Shown: positions 1 to 13,645, counted from the first letter of the whole stretch. The stretch is 63,866 nucleotides of DNA, filler included, from Pseudovirgaria hyperparasitica (GCA_010093815.1; 5 parts of 5 records of this genome joined end to end with filler, not necessarily neighbours in it), one strand, 5' to 3'. Program-made: numbers and translations. Notes: generated from the letters alone by a model not told the origin.

Positions 1-1254
1 GTCGCGATCGGGAGTCATAGTCCGATGTGAGCCTGGTCGCTATCGAACTTGGCCAAAAGCTTTGCTTAGGCATCTGTAGCATTGGCTTTGGCAGCGAGCC
101 CACGACCTGCTCTGCATGAATAAAGCTGCCCGTGTCGCTTTGTTGCACACAGTATGCTGCGTGCGCCCTGTGAGAGGTGGTGGGGAGGACCCTCTCTGCC
201 ACATTAATTCCGGAACACCACAACTGAAGCGAATTCAGCCGCAATTCCAAGCCACCACATCAATAATAAAACATTCTAAGTAGATAGAATTGTGGATAAA
301 GAGCACTTCCACTAATCTTAAAGTTATTAGATATCACTTCTTCATAATCTGGTTGAATATCCGCTGTTATCGTTGCTACCCTCCATGCCGCTTATGCTAC
401 CGGAAAAAATGTGTCGGTCAAGTCCTAGCAACGCTGCTACGCTTTAGCATTTCTTTACTGTTAGAAATCGAAGGAAGATTCATTGCGTATAGTTGGGCCC
501 ACCAAGCGCTCGACGTATGTCAATGGCTCGGTAGCCGCCAAGGGCGTCTCACGAAGAGCCCGCGTGCTTTCGGTCCCATCCCTCTGGGCCAAGGGCATAA
601 GCCACACTTGATACCCACATTGGCTAGGCCCGAGCCGCCGCACAGCACACGATTTAGAGGGAGAGCGCCATGATTCGCCCGGNNNNNNNNNNNNNNNNNN
701 NNNNNNNNNNNNNNNNNNNNNNNNNNNNNNNNNNNNNNNNNNNNNNNNNNNNNNNNNNNNNNNNNNNNNNNNNNNNNNNNNNNNNNNNNNNNNNNNNNNN
801 NNNNNNNNNNNNNNNNNNNNNNNNNNNNNNNNNNNNNNNNNNNNNNNNNNNNNNNNNNNNNNNNNNNNNNNNNNNNNNNNNNNNNNNNNNNNNNNNNNNN
901 NNNNNNNNNNNNNNNNNNNNNNNNNNNNNNNNNNNNNNNNNNNNNNNNNNNNNNNNNNNNNNNNNNNNNNNNNNNNNNNNNNNNNNNNNNNNNNNNNNNN
1001 NNNNNNNNNNNNNNNNNNNNNNNNNNNNNNNNNNNNNNNNNNNNNNNNNNNNNNNNNNNNNNNNNNNNNNNNCCTAATAGGGAATTTCGCTACTTCAACG
1101 GGTAGTGGACCATGGTCCTGTTCAAACAACATGGCGACGTTCACAGGGGGAAGATGGGAAAGAAAGGTTCACGGCAAAAGTCACAAACTATTGCGTCTGA
1201 TCATTCCATCTCTACATGGAGCGGTGACTGCGTTTGAAATGTATCTAAGCGATG

Positions 1255-2648
1255 CTACCCTCTTCGTCTCTGTCTCTTTAATTCCCATATGATCTGAACC
1301 AGCTGCTCGGTAAAAGTCTTCAAAGCATCAAAAGCAACTTTACATTCTCGTGGTGTCCGTGTAATGAGTTCCATATACAGGTCGCATCTCGGGCAGCCTT
1401 TTTCTCCCATGATCGCGCTCTTCTCCTCGGATGTAAACTGGGCGCACAGGAGACAGAAAAGCTCAGGGGAAGTTGTCGGGTCGGCATTATACTATTGGGG
1501 GTTCCGATTCCCCGAGAGGGTGCATAATTGCGATCTAATTGGTGAGTCTCAGCTCGGGAGATTCTTGAATAGACACGAAGGAACGCGAAGCTGACGCACT
1601 AGTGGCGAAGGCGAGACCCTATTCGTTAACCCATGATGAGCTCACGCGTTGGTGGGTGGTTGGGACGTTCGGGTTCCCCCCATTGGCCATTAATCCCGCG
1701 GCCACAGAGAGAACCACAAAGCCATGTGCCGCGTCGGTCAATCACTGCTTAATAGGATTCGAAGACCGAGACATGAGCATGGTTGACGTGTTAATATTTA
1801 CCCGTGTCGGCGAGCCAACTCCTCATGCCCCTAAACTTGTCATTTGTGTCATCACTGGCCTCCAGTCTCTGCGCCGACCCCGTTCCACGCATCTTTGTGC
1901 TCGCCTGCTGGTACTGGACCAAGCAAATAACTCGGGTTTGCCACGATTTCGTCCAGTACTGTCTTTTCCTTGCGGAGGTGGTAAAATCCGTTCTCGTCAA
2001 CGTTGTTGCTGACCTCGGGGAGCATCCTCAGCTACATTGGCTCTGTCCTTTCCCTCTCAAAACGCTCTCGACCCGCTCTAGTATCTCACAGATTACGGCC
2101 CCTCGCCACGAATTTCCCGCTCGGCACCACGTCGAACACGAAAGCGATTATCGCCACGCTCCTTTGTTCTATTCCTATCCAGATGGCGCAGATTCGACAC
2201 CCTAATGGACGCGCTTCCGCCGTGGCATGACCCAGATGCAGAGCGCCCCGTTCGTGCGGCGGTGCAGTCGAGGCAGCTCGTGGCTGAGGTCAGTCGGGTC
2301 GGGATGAGTCGCTACATAGTCGGGGTTCAAGGTGAGGCGCATGCTGCTCTTGCCGTCGAACTGGAAATTCCGTGTGTGCTTGAACCGAGAGGCCATCCAG
2401 GAGGGCTGATCCTGCGCCTCGATCAGAGCCATCACCTCCCACCAGATCCCTACCGCGTCGCCTCAACACTCCATCTGCCATGGGCATACACCGCGAGTTT
2501 GCCGTGCTGAGAGAAATTCGAGGTGGGTGCTGATGTGATGATAGACACCTGCGGGTTTGCTGGCTAGATTTCCAAAAACTCCGACGTGACAGGCTTCGCG
2601 CTGGCTCACCGGGTGGACGTTTTTGCGCAGAGACGACGAGGTCTGCAT
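1255..2648 (-). pseudogene. Degraded gene relic with a C-terminal CxxC...CxxC motif
   Basis: ORFs 2463..2648 and 2202..2435 are in the same frame, separated by one TGA. A further protein-like stretch ends FCLLC...GCPRC...ELKRQRRRG* near 1255. Several in-frame stops; family not recognised. Confidence 0.3.
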
Positions 2649-3546
2649 CAGGTGCTAGAGCGAGGGTGCCAGAACGAGGGCTGTAGCTAGGTAGATTCGG
2701 AGGCTACGTACTTTGCGAGTGGGTTGACGAGGTGCAGAGGCATCAAGAATCGTCGGCGATGTCGTTTCTCGGGCTTTGTGACAAGCTCTAAGAGTAGTTC
2801 ACCAATGATCAGAAACAGAGATCCTGCAAATGAAAATATCTATATAGGCGTCCATTTCGCCTGGCGACGCGTGTGAATCCACGACCTTCCCGTTGTTAGT
2901 CCCCCTCGTATGTGTGTCGGCGGCCTCTTTGTACAATGTCTGGCGGCTATGGTACCAGTACGGTGAGCTGAGCCGTACGGCCCTGACCAAGTTCAAACGC
3001 CCAACACTGGATCGCATGCTTACGAGAGGAGAATGTAGAATATTCCGAAGGTACTCTGTTGCGGATATGGGGACGTGTGGTCCGTGCGTAATCGAGGAGG
3101 CCTGGTTTCGCATTAGCTCTTCTGCCCTCGGCGTCGTGTGAACGAAACTCCGAGAGTTAAGCCATGGTGTGCCAAGACGCTCGGGCGCCTCGGAGTTGAG
3201 CCTAGTCGGAAATGTTGCGCCTGATTTGACAATCCTCTGCGGGACAGCCTTTAATTAAACGCGTGGGCGTACCGAATTTTTTCCAGTCTCATTCTGCGGT
3301 CGCATCTTCACATTCTACAACAACGTGGCATCTTCCTGTCAATCAAGCAACAAAGCTCTCACTCACCACGACCACGAGAATACGACTACGACGTACGCCT
3401 GCGAAACCGTCCGCGAGAAATACTCCAGCCCGGCTGCCAATCCGTCTTCGATCGACCCGTCACTCAACACATCCGAATGGCGGCGGCTACTGCCCGATTT
3501 GCGATCTCTGCAGCTTTGTTTCTGTTCTGCACTACAGAGACTCGCA

Positions 3547-4476
3547 ATGTCGGAGGATGGGAGCCCTCACACTCCTACGCGTTTCCAAAGAGATGTTGAT
3601 CGGGATTTCCAGGATCGGACACCCATCCAACAAAATTATGAAGCGCCCGAAGATACCTCCAAAGTTAACTGCGAGTCTCTCATGGACGAGAACTGGTGGA
3701 CTGGTGTAGACCCGGAGGATGTAGAACGGAGGCGGCGAGAGCAAATCCCGGAACCGCCATACCACAGAGTGCGTATTCACATGCGACTGGACATGATTAA
3801 ACGTTATGCCTCAAAACTTGGGCTATCAGATCTATTCAAAATGATAGATGGTCTGGATAGACTGTTATTTGACGCGGGCGCGGCAACCGACGACTTTGAG
3901 AATGCGCAACGGGAAATTCCTGAGACGGTGACAGAGTTTTGGGACCCAGAACACAGCTTCCACCACAACCGCAAAGAAGAGATCGAACGCTCGAGCTACA
4001 AATATGACGACTCGCCGCTTGCATCACCTACACACACTTCGATACCCCTCGATTCACGCTCGATCAACCGCTCCTCTCCATCCTCCAAGGCAGCTTCCAA
4101 GGATGTTCCCCGGGGAGTCTCCAATGCCCGTGTGCAGAAGAAGCGTCGTGGAATTCACAACGGGACAAGAAGAGAGCAACGAGGCAAAAGGACATCTGAG
4201 CGACGGCAGCCTCTTCTCCAGGCGAGGGAGGAAGAGACAGACACAGGCGTCTCCCTGGAGTCTGCTTCGGGCAGGGGGCCAACCACGACAACCTTGAGCG
4301 AGGAGACTGTCCCCTCTGCGCGAGCCTCACATGGACCGCGCCGATCTGACGGAGTCCGAAAGTCGACGCGGATTCAAGACCGAGAGCAAAAGAAACTCAT
4401 CATCGAAGAGAAACCGAAACCCACCATTGGAGGTTACAACCTTCGCCCCAAAAGTCGTCGCAATGTGACAAAATGA
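3547..4476 (+). CDS. Hypothetical protein with basic, low-complexity C-terminus
   Basis: Long uninterrupted ORF from the ATG at 3547 (MSEDGSPH...). Helical-looking middle and an Arg/Lys-rich tail (KKRR, YNLRPKSRR). Confidence 0.6.
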   Translation: MSEDGSPHTPTRFQRDVDRDFQDRTPIQQNYEAPEDTSKVNCESLMDENWWTGVDPEDVERRRREQIPEPPYHRVRIHMRLDMIKRYASKLGLSDLFKMIDGLDRLLFDAGAATDDFENAQREIPETVTEFWDPEHSFHHNRKEEIERSSYKYDDSPLASPTHTSIPLDSRSINRSSPSSKAASKDVPRGVSNARVQKKRRGIHNGTRREQRGKRTSERRQPLLQAREEETDTGVSLESASGRGPTTTTLSEETVPSARASHGPRRSDGVRKSTRIQDREQKKLIIEEKPKPTIGGYNLRPKSRRNVTK

Positions 4477-4965
4477 GTCAAGTGTGGTCGAAAATATCCC
4501 CGGCAGCGAGGCGTGGCTGGGAATCTCCGAGGCGTCGCGCGACACCCCTAGAAGTGCGGGCTTGGCAGCGGTGGGTTGCCGTTTCACCAACCGCTATGCA
4601 CCCCTCATTGGACACATACGCTCACCCTTGCCCCAAGCCATTTCTTCCTTCGCTCACACCCTCTCACCCTCCCCCTCCCTGATGCTTTAAGTGGCTCGAG
4701 AGAATCCGTCAACAGAGTCAGCCTATTAAGCCGGCCAGCCGTCCGCCCTATCCCCGGGGCTCTTTTGCTCTTTTCCGTTTCCACTCCTCCTGTTTCTCCT
4801 TCAGCAACTCTTCAAGTCATATTGGATTGGCCAATTCACAACCAATTCGCGACCTTTTCGCAATCTGTTCGCAAACCTCGTCGCAATCAAACCCCGACCT
4901 GCCTTACTCTCGATCGCACCGTGCTCTTTCCTGCATGTCTCTCTGAGACGAGGACCAAGAGAAAA

Positions 4966-7957
4966 ATGACATTGTTTGCATACGATGAGAATGCCGCTGG
5001 CGGCGAGGAACCTGCAAGCTCTGTCGCAGACACACCCCTTAAGCCCACTGACCTTGGCGACATCGCGGTGTTTATTGGTCATATCAAGGGCCGGGAAGCA
5101 GAAAGATTTGTCGCACTTAATCAAGAACACATCTGGAAACCGCCTCTCCGCGATGTGTCGCACGAGACCGACGACGAGATTGACGATGAGAAGCCGGAAC
5201 CATGGCGGGGAGGGATTCATACCGCTCTTGATGGTCCCATACTGTGTCATTCCTTTTCGAAGCTTCCTGAACGGTCAAACGGCTGGCGCCACGGCGCAGA
5301 GACAAGGAGATCAAGGAGAAAAGGCGAGAGGCCGTGCGACATGGTGTATCCCCTCAACGCCAAAAGTGGTATCAGCAGCTCGATGTTTCGCATCGACTTT
5401 GCGCCTGACCCCAACAAGAAGCCTACCCCAAGAATCACCCCGGAGATGCGCCACCCCCAACCCCCCATCCGCATCGAGAAGGGAAAAAGGACTCTCAGGC
5501 GAGGCTTCGGTCATAGCGAGACTCTTAACCAGCCAGTTAAGATATATCTCAACGATAACGACCCCGAATGTCTGAGTTTTTGGGTGTGGTCACCTATCCG
5601 CAACAAGGCCGAACAGAAGAAGTTCATCAAACACATCAAGGCCTTTTATGATCGTGGGAATTGCCTGGACGAGACATACTTTCCAGGCATTACATCCGCT
5701 GGCGGGTCCACCATGGCCCCGTCGCGTGCGGGCTACGAAACACGGACAGAACTGACTGGCATGAAATACGAGACACGGATAGGTCTGACTGGCACGGTTT
5801 ACCAGATTGACGGCAAAATGATTTCGCACGGTTCTTTCAGAGACGTGTATCCTGTCAAAATCATCAGTCAACCTGTTTCCAACCTAGTCATGCCAAAGCA
5901 GACCGCCACCCAGAAACGACTGACCGAGATGCTAAAGAAAGAGCCTGAAAAGTACCAACTCAAACCCTATCAACTGAGGCTGGTCGCAAAAGTGGTCAGA
6001 CTAGAGGGAGACGATAGTCAGTCGATGCAGGACTATAGAGAAATGCTGGAAAAAGAAGCTGAGTTCGTACAAAGTCACCCGCATGTGAGTATATCCATCT
6101 TTCTGTCTCCTATTTTTCTTGCTTGCGACCCTCGAGCAGACGCGCACCCTCTGGGCTGGTCCCTTGCTGACGCGATTGTGTTTTCACTAGTTTCACATCA
6201 ACCCGATCTGCGACATAGCCTACGAGCCCGGAGCTGATGACAGACCGTGGCTCATCGAACAACGCCAGGACTACTGCCTCGACGACGAGTGGCTACCCCT
6301 GACTATCGACAAGCTGGACATGGCTAAGCAAATCATTTGCGGCTTAAAGCACATACACGACCACGATTCAGTTCATCGCGACATGAAGGCGGCCAATATA
6401 ATGCTGGAGCTCGTAGAGTTCCACGCCGACGGCCTTGATCTGGGCCGATGGGTCGTCAAATTCACTGATCATGGCATGGTGGCGTCTACTGACCACATGG
6501 TGGAGGAAAGGTGTGGGTCGCCCTGGCATTGCGCGCCTGAGGTCCTGGATTCCAAGCGTTACAGCAAGCCAGCTGACATCTTCTCTACCGGCGTCGTGCT
6601 TTTATGCATGTTTGCGGAATACGACCCCAACCGCCAGCGATCCGACTGGTCGCCGTCCTCGTCTTCCGATGTACGACGATGGATGATCGAAGAAGTTGGT
6701 CCAATCATTGAGAAGAAATGCCCTCAGGAATACCGGGTTCTGCTCAAGGGAATGCTTGAAAAGAGGCCAGAGGCCCGGTGGAACGTGGATAAGTGCCTGA
6801 ATTTCCTGCTGAGAGAGGACCAAAGCCAAACAATTGCTCCGACTTTACCTTGGACAACAGAACCCTTTACAGAGGAACAAAAAAAAGAGAATCTCATGAG
6901 AAAGGAGGAAGCGCTTAGGCGCGATGGTGTGGTGGAGTCCGACGATGGGCTGTCCGACAGTGATAGAACCGTCACCCCAGCAGCTCCAGATCTGCTTGCA
7001 GACGACAGAGTTCTGGAGGATGACGTGCCGGCGACGCCCAAGCTCACTTGCCAGATGCGGCTACCCGTCACGCCTTGCCAAGGGCTCGCAGGGGAAGACG
7101 CACTACCTTCCGCGGCCTGCACGCCCGTTTTTGGCGACGGTGCTCCGGTTCGAGCCGTCCAGCAAGTGGCAGATCAGCCGGCATCTTACGATTTCAGCGT
7201 CATCTGGGACTGGCACGACCCAGAGGGTGTGAGCGGCTCTGGAATTCGCTGGAGCAACCTTCCACCGCCTCGGGTATCCACGAGCGAATTCTCCAAACCG
7301 CTTCCGAAGCCTGGGCTACAGCTACACCTTGGAATTACCGACCTCAACTGGGGTTTCATTTCGCGCCCACAGACCAAGGCACAAATGTTTTTGCCATCAC
7401 AGCAGTTGACCAAGAATATGACAAACGCGATTCAGAGCGCAGGGGACGAGGATTCTGAGGCAGAGACGGAGATATTGGATGGAAACGAAGAGCCTGGAGT
7501 ACCACCCAGCGCCCGCAACGACAGCGATTCTGAAGCAGAGACGGAAATATTGGATGGAGGCGAAGAACCTGAAGTAATACCCGACACCCGTGGCGACAAC
7601 GATGGTGAGGCAGAGACCGAGAGGAATGCTGAAGACGAGGAACCTAAAGAGGTCGCCGACGCCCGCGACAACAGCATTTCTAAGATAGAGACCGAGAGGG
7701 ATGTTAGAGACGGAGAGCCTGAAGCATCACACTTCAGCCGCAGAGTGGCCCAAACGAATGCGCCGACCAACAACGATCATGAGAACGCAGCACCGGACGA
7801 CTACAAACCCATGTTTCTTCCGGAGCTGGTTCAAAACAGGAAGCGCACTGCCTTAGTTTCGACACAGGCCAACAAGAGAAATAGACACAGACCCGACGTT
7901 TCCTTTTCCAAGCCAGTCGACTTGGGTGATGGTCGTTGGGCAAGGGTGATCCGCTAA
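4966..7957 (+). CDS. Ser/Thr protein kinase with degenerate FHA-like N-terminus and acidic repeat tail; exons 4966-6084 and 6191-7957
   Basis: Intron GTGAGT(6085)...GCTGAC...CTAG(6190) joins two ORFs in frame. Kinase motifs: HGSFRDVY, VAK, HRDMKAAN, DHG (for DFG), CGSPWHCAPE, DIFSTG. The N-terminal GWRHG...CD...GISSSMFRIDF resembles fungal FHA domains. Confidence 0.9.
7445..7725 (+). repeat. Four degenerate coding repeats of about 25 aa in the kinase tail
   Basis: DSEAETEILDGNEEP / DSEAETEILDGGEEP / DGEAETERNAEDEEP / ISKIETERDVRDGEP. Confidence 0.8.
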
Positions 7958-9080
7958 GTGCAGAGGCTTTCCGCACAACGATTTATGGCATATATAGAGG
8001 GCACAATGTAGGGGTTCATCACTTTGCTGTTCATGTAAATACCTCTATCGTGGTTTGGAGTTGGGAGCATGGGATGTGTTATTCTGGTTCCAGGCATTTA
8101 CAGGTTGCGTTTGCTGCATTTATCGCATCTAGACTACAGGTAGCATTTGATGAGCGGCATTTTCGAGGAGCAGCATTTGATGGAGTTGGAAGAATCAAAA
8201 TTTATTGCATTTGGTTACCAATACCATCTTTCTGGCAGATTCTGTCGCGCTTTTGCTCTGCACTTTGGCTTCAGTAGACTCAGACATGGCCCCCTCACGG
8301 GGCAGGCTGATGATGCCTGTGCACAGCTTGTTTGGGGCGAACGGGGTGGCGCAAGCGCCCGTAATCCGGCCATGGTGCCGCTGCTGCCAACCAATGCGAG
8401 GTCGCGCCAGCACGACGCGTGCCAGACACGCCGTGATTGGAAGACTCGTCGTGCTGGGACGCGTGCCTGTCTCGTGTCATCGCCAATCGTGTTTTCTTCG
8501 GCTCTCAGACGATCGCCGAGAAATCCCCCCTCTGCAGCCCTGCCCCAGCAACGGGCTGTCCCGTCCTCTCGTATCGCACTGGGTCGATGTGCACACGATA
8601 GCGTGATCCACCCGGCGGGCGGGCCTAATTGGCGGTGACGCGAGCCTGACATGAGGGGGATGTCTTCGCTCACTCTTTCCGGGCGTTTAATCATTTGCCA
8701 TGCTGCCAATCGACAACCCCTTTGCGCAGGCTCTGTGGCTCCAAGACACTACAAAAACATGTTTGTTCCCAATCTATGATATTTCTCTGAATGTACAAAC
8801 ATCTTTCACAAGTTTACAGGCTCTCATAAGGCGTACGACACCTTTCGACATAAGCCCGAGCATCTCCACCCATAGCCCGAACCCTGGATCTCTCACCGCT
8901 GTTCACGGCCTGCGCCCAACGGAGAAGGCCTTCTGGAACGGGCTAGTCTGTAGATCGTTGGTTGGTTGGGAGACCTCTTCGGATGAAGACATGCCCCAGT
9001 CCTCGGGTAAGCGTGAAAGGCGATATATCCTTCTATGGATGTTTTGGCGGCTGATCGGTCTGCGTTCCTTGTTTTAGAAT

Positions 9081-9242
9081 ACCGAGGCGATGCACTATAT
9101 ATGTGTAAGTAGTTGGATAGAAGCTGCATTTAAGTATATACGTACGTGATCGTTTGTCATCATTGCTCGTCTGCGTCGGAGACATAGCATTAGAATTCGG
9201 TGAGTATAATGTAGGATTCACTGCTGCGACTGCCAACGTAAG
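9081..9242 (-). repeat. ~160 bp inverted duplicate of 28434-28595
   Basis: Reverse complement is near-identical; both copies translate LAVAAVNPTLYSPNSNAMSPTQTSNDDKRSRT. Confidence 0.9.
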
Positions 9243-9245
9243 TCA

Positions 9246-10190
9246 CTAACTAACAACCCAGTCAAGGTGCTCTTTTATCTTAGCAACATTATCCTCAGAG
9301 AGTAGGGCAGTCCCGGTGACCTCAATCGTCACTATAGCTGGAGCAGCCGCATAACGTGTCGTGACGCCATCGTCTGCCGGGCTGTACAGAGGCGATGTGC
9401 CCTGGTGCACCAAGCTGGCAAGTGGCGGAGAGGGAGAGGGAGATGAAGCAGAGAAATGCTGCAGCGTAGCGTTCGGTCCGTCATCCGGTGGAGGTGCTCG
9501 GTAGCCGGGGATGGCCGGATCACCGCCGTCGGATGTGGTGCCGGAGCACAAAACAAAATGGATGTCAGCATCGATCGATCCGGCTGCGCATTGGCGTACA
9601 GGCTGATACGGGTTCTCTGTGCCTTTGGCTGGCTCAGGTTCAAAGTATGCATCCCATGGACAGAACTTGCTCTTGGAGCATTGCATCGCACCACATTCGC
9701 GACCATTAGTTCCGTAGACCTTGACGCCCTCGTCCCATCCAGGACACCCTCGACCAGTATGATTTTTGAAAAAGGTATCAACAACGCCAGGGGTACTTGT
9801 TGCACAATCCACGAAAGAGATGTCATAGCTTATAAACCAGTCTTTTCGATCGCCGACATCACGTATGCTATACTCCATTTGGGTTTGCTTGCCCGATTTC
9901 GTCTGGGCTTCGAAGAGCTTTATACTTGTTCCACACTGACAGCCCCTCTCGGGAATGATGACAGGAAAAGATATTTCATGGCCGGCTTTGAGTGCAATTC
10001 CATTCTCAGGATTAGGATCGTCAAATGCAGTCGTATGGTATGCATAAAAGTCCTTGACACAGTAGTTCCTAACAAACACCTTACCTTGAGGAGCGTCGGA
10101 CATTTCGTAGTGTGGGCCAACGCTGGAGTAGTATTCGGCCAATGTCTGTTCAATGAAAGCCATAAAGACAGCGAGAGCGAAGTCCATCAT
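9246..10190 (-). CDS. Secreted Cys-rich Bys1/thaumatin-like protein (copy 1, open frame)
   Basis: Hydrophobic N-terminus MMDFALAVFMAFI. Motif pattern VRNYC...GTSIKL...QMEY...YDISFVDC...DAY...IHFVLC is typical of Bys1/thaumatin-like folds. Ser/Pro-rich tail. Confidence 0.7.
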   Translation of the reverse strand: MMDFALAVFMAFIEQTLAEYYSSVGPHYEMSDAPQGKVFVRNYCVKDFYAYHTTAFDDPNPENGIALKAGHEISFPVIIPERGCQCGTSIKLFEAQTKSGKQTQMEYSIRDVGDRKDWFISYDISFVDCATSTPGVVDTFFKNHTGRGCPGWDEGVKVYGTNGRECGAMQCSKSKFCPWDAYFEPEPAKGTENPYQPVRQCAAGSIDADIHFVLCSGTTSDGGDPAIPGYRAPPPDDGPNATLQHFSASSPSPSPPLASLVHQGTSPLYSPADDGVTTRYAAAPAIVTIEVTGTALLSEDNVAKIKEHLDWVVS

Positions 10191-10456
10191 CGCGAACAAC
10201 TCTCTAGAAGTTATTACAGGGCAGAAAGGAAAAAGGCACGGCAGAACGATATAAGAGTATAGAGTACATTTTTAGAACAGACCCCAAAACTGGTCTGCTC
10301 CTACTTCGGGACAACGGCATCTCTAAAGAAGCCCCTGTTTCATAGTCGACTGGTTCTAGCCCAATTCTTGTATATAACACGACCGTATCTCAAGAAAGAT
10401 CTGCTGTCCTGATTGAAAACAAGCTCCCACTCATTTTCAGTTGCGCAAGTCTGGAA

Positions 10457-13400
10457 ATGCCGCCCTGCAAGCACTCCAGCTGGCTCGGCGCCAAGCGTGT
10501 CCAAGGGGAACCAACCCTGATAGAGACAGACAGGCTGAGCGCCTTGCTTAGTCTCCTACACAACCTAGATACTCAGTATCCAATTTTCTTAGTCACCATC
10601 GGTGATTCAGAGAAGGGGGCGGCGCTGCGAACGCTGTTTGGCTTCAAAGCCTCGTCCAAGGGCAGACGCAGCATCGACAGTATACATCTATACTTGGACT
10701 CATCAACCACGTTTACCGAACGGCCCTGGATTGTGGCAGAGGGAAGATCTCTCCAACTGATCCCGCACACAACCCAAACAGAGGCGGCAGGCCGTCCATG
10801 CCATCGCACAAACGTGCGGTCACTCCGACCTTGTGACGACCACATCGCGACCGATGTCTACGCACGGCTGTTACGGCAGTTCACAAATGTTATCTGTATC
10901 TTTGCATCCGATCTCGGTGGACTGACCAAGACAGCTCGAGAGGTGGTGCGATGGATGGAGCGTTGCCAACCAGCAGCACATCCAGACGGTCCTTGGCCAG
11001 CCCTCGTGGTGGTGACGGAACGGCCCAATGCTAAAAATGCCAAGCGTGATTTCCTTAGCCTTGTCCGCCAGCAAACATCCGTCGACATCCACAAGTGTAT
11101 ATCCAACCTCGAATTCGTCACGCTTCTACCACGTGGTACAATCTCACCTCAAGCTCGCTTCCGGCGCCTGAAGGAGCTCCTGCAGGAGCAGTCGCGTGCA
11201 ACTGCTCATCAGCGTGCCGATCGCGGATGCCTATACTCGGCGAGACACTTCTCCACTCTCCTAAACTCTGCCGTCGCCCACTTTGCTGAATCGTCCGCAG
11301 AGCCGCTCGATTGCGTTATCGCGTCGCGGGCTACTCGTCCGGTACCCAGTGACCTTGGCCAACACTTGGCTAACGTGTTTGCTCTACTCACATCCACATC
11401 ACAGTTAGCCGAGTTCGCTGTGCCAATGCTAGCATCATGTCTCTTTCTCGACAGCTACCCACCGGACTCGCATTGTAAGTAATGGATCTCTTTGTCTCAT
11501 ACCGAGTCTAACAACAAGCAAGGTTTTGAACCGAGTGAGGTTTTCTCGAAGCTCTATGCTCGAGCTTTCGATGGAGTTTGCCCGGACAGTCGCGTAATTG
11601 CCTTTTCCGATTCCGCTGACGTGCTACTACGCACTGGCCTCCTTCAGATGCTACAACAGCATTTTCAACGATACTTCGCGGAGCACACTCAGCCAGACGG
11701 ATTGTCCGCAGTTGCGATTCATCAGAGAAACCTAAAGCGATTCTGCGGTCGGTGGGGGGCCCTACGAAGCGAACGTACCTGCCTCAGCTGTACACTACGC
11801 ACTCCGCAGTATGCACTCGAGTGCAGCCATATGTTGTGCGAAAACTGCGTCGTTATACACGGCGAACAAGAGCAGCACCATCCATATCTATATCGTGTTT
11901 GTGTGTGTCCTCTTTGCCACATGGGAATGCAGCGGGAGATCCGAGTTCGTGTGCATCCACCGACGGCAGGCGTTAGTATCCTTTGCATTGACGGCGGAGG
12001 CACGAGAGGCATCGTACCGTTGACGATCATGCAACGCATCCAGGACTGTATCGACCTCCCAATCCCTTTCCAGCAATATTTCAAGCTCGCGTTCGGTGTG
12101 AGCTCCGGTACGTAGAGGCGAAGAAGTGGAATGGCTGCACTGACCACGGTAGGAGGGCTAATCATCATGAACATGTTTTTCAACGGCTCAACTATTGAGG
12201 AGTCCACTCAGCTGTTTAAGCAGATGGCGGTTGCCATCTTCAACCCGCGTAAAAGCTGGGGTCTGCCGGTACTTTCGCGTTTCTGGCGGTCCGTCATGAC
12301 AATCTTCGCCGATGGGCTGTATCCGGTAAAAGACATCGAGAGTGTGCTGAAGAAGGTCTTTCATCCAGGGCAAAGTATCCTAGGCGCATCCTTTGCGACA
12401 GCTGCAGGGACCAGGATAGGTCTGCCAGTGGCAACAGTGCACACACATCCAGCGTGTCGTATCTTCACGAACTACAACGGGGTTGGTGCGAGGCTTGCGA
12501 GTCCAACAGGTGCGTTCAGCTCCTTGCTTTGCCCCATCGGACCTAACTGCGCTGTGGTAGGTGAGCCCACCATTCGGGCGGAAGATGGATTTGGGAAGGT
12601 GCCGCAATGGGAAGTGTTCGTTAACCTCCCTCCTGTTTTTAGAACTCCCTACTAACCTTACTAAGCGCTCGTGCCATCTCTGCCGCCCCAGGGTCAGATC
12701 ATGATTTCCTACCTCATAGAAAGCACGACTTTGTACATGAACTAATGCCAGTCTAGATTCTTCCCAGCTGCCCACATCGACCAAGTCGGGACGTTCCAAG
12801 ATGCCGGGCCGCTCGAGAACAACCCCATTAGCCAGGCGCTGTCGGAGATGCGCGCGCTGTTTCCGTACGTCGCGGAGCCAGACATGGTCTTGTCACTAGG
12901 TACGGGCGAGCCAGCACCAGCAGCATACGAGGCCGACAAGCAGGACCGCCGTAGCCTGCGCAAGTCTGGCATGTTCACGAGGGCTCGCGATCTCCTTCTG
13001 GAGAAGATGCGTGACGGAACTGTGAGACGTGTATTGAACGGCATCCGCTCCGCGACCCAGACTGCGCAACGCATCCATCGCCTTAATGTTCATTTCGAAG
13101 GGTCGGAGCCGCGGCTTGACGATACCGCTATGATACCTTCGCTCGCGTCCCTGGCTGCAGGTGATGTGAGAATCTCGGGCGGCGTTGAGGCTGTGGCCCA
13201 CGCCGCAGTCGCGTCACTCTTCTATTTTGAGCTAGACAGAATGCCGCAAGGACCAGGGGAATCTCTAGAGGTCGCCGGCAGCATACGCTGCGTCTTGGGC
13301 CCGGCCGACGATGGTTTTGATGCGCTGATAAGGCGGCTCGCAGAGGGCAAGGCATGCTTTATGGTGGATGTGCGGCCTCTTCCCGGTGTGGTTGGCGACC

Positions 13401-13645
13401 GATCCTTCGCCGACGCTAGTGGAAGATTCTGCAAAAGAATCGAATTCGTGTCGCGTGGACAGTTCACATTGTGGCTCAAGTTGGATGATGCGACAACTCA
13501 CATCAGTGGCTCGCCCTTTTCGATTGACCGACTCATCAAAGCCCAAGGCCTGGACGCGCAATTTGGACGCGCTGATCACCAAAAGAGGAAAGCATCATTT
13601 GACCATAATAATGTTGGGCGACGCAAGAAGCAGAGAATTAGTTAG
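10457..13645 (+). CDS. Patatin-like phospholipase with RING-like Zn finger (copy 1, intact, 5 introns)
   Basis: Introns 11475-11522, 12108-12152, 12510-12560, 12616-12665 and ~12693-12757 splice to give DGGGTRG, GVSSG, ARAISAAPGFF and FQDAG..NNP. Zn finger CLSC..LECSHMLCENC..CPLC. Bipartite NLS-like end KRK...RRKKQR. Confidence 0.9.

Noticed and set aside
461..1144. ORFs spanning the N run
   Set aside because: Artefacts of translating Ns.
9456..10262. 268 aa plus-strand ORF and other overlapping antisense ORFs
   Set aside because: Shadows of the motif-bearing genes on the opposite strand; their recurrence merely reflects the duplication.
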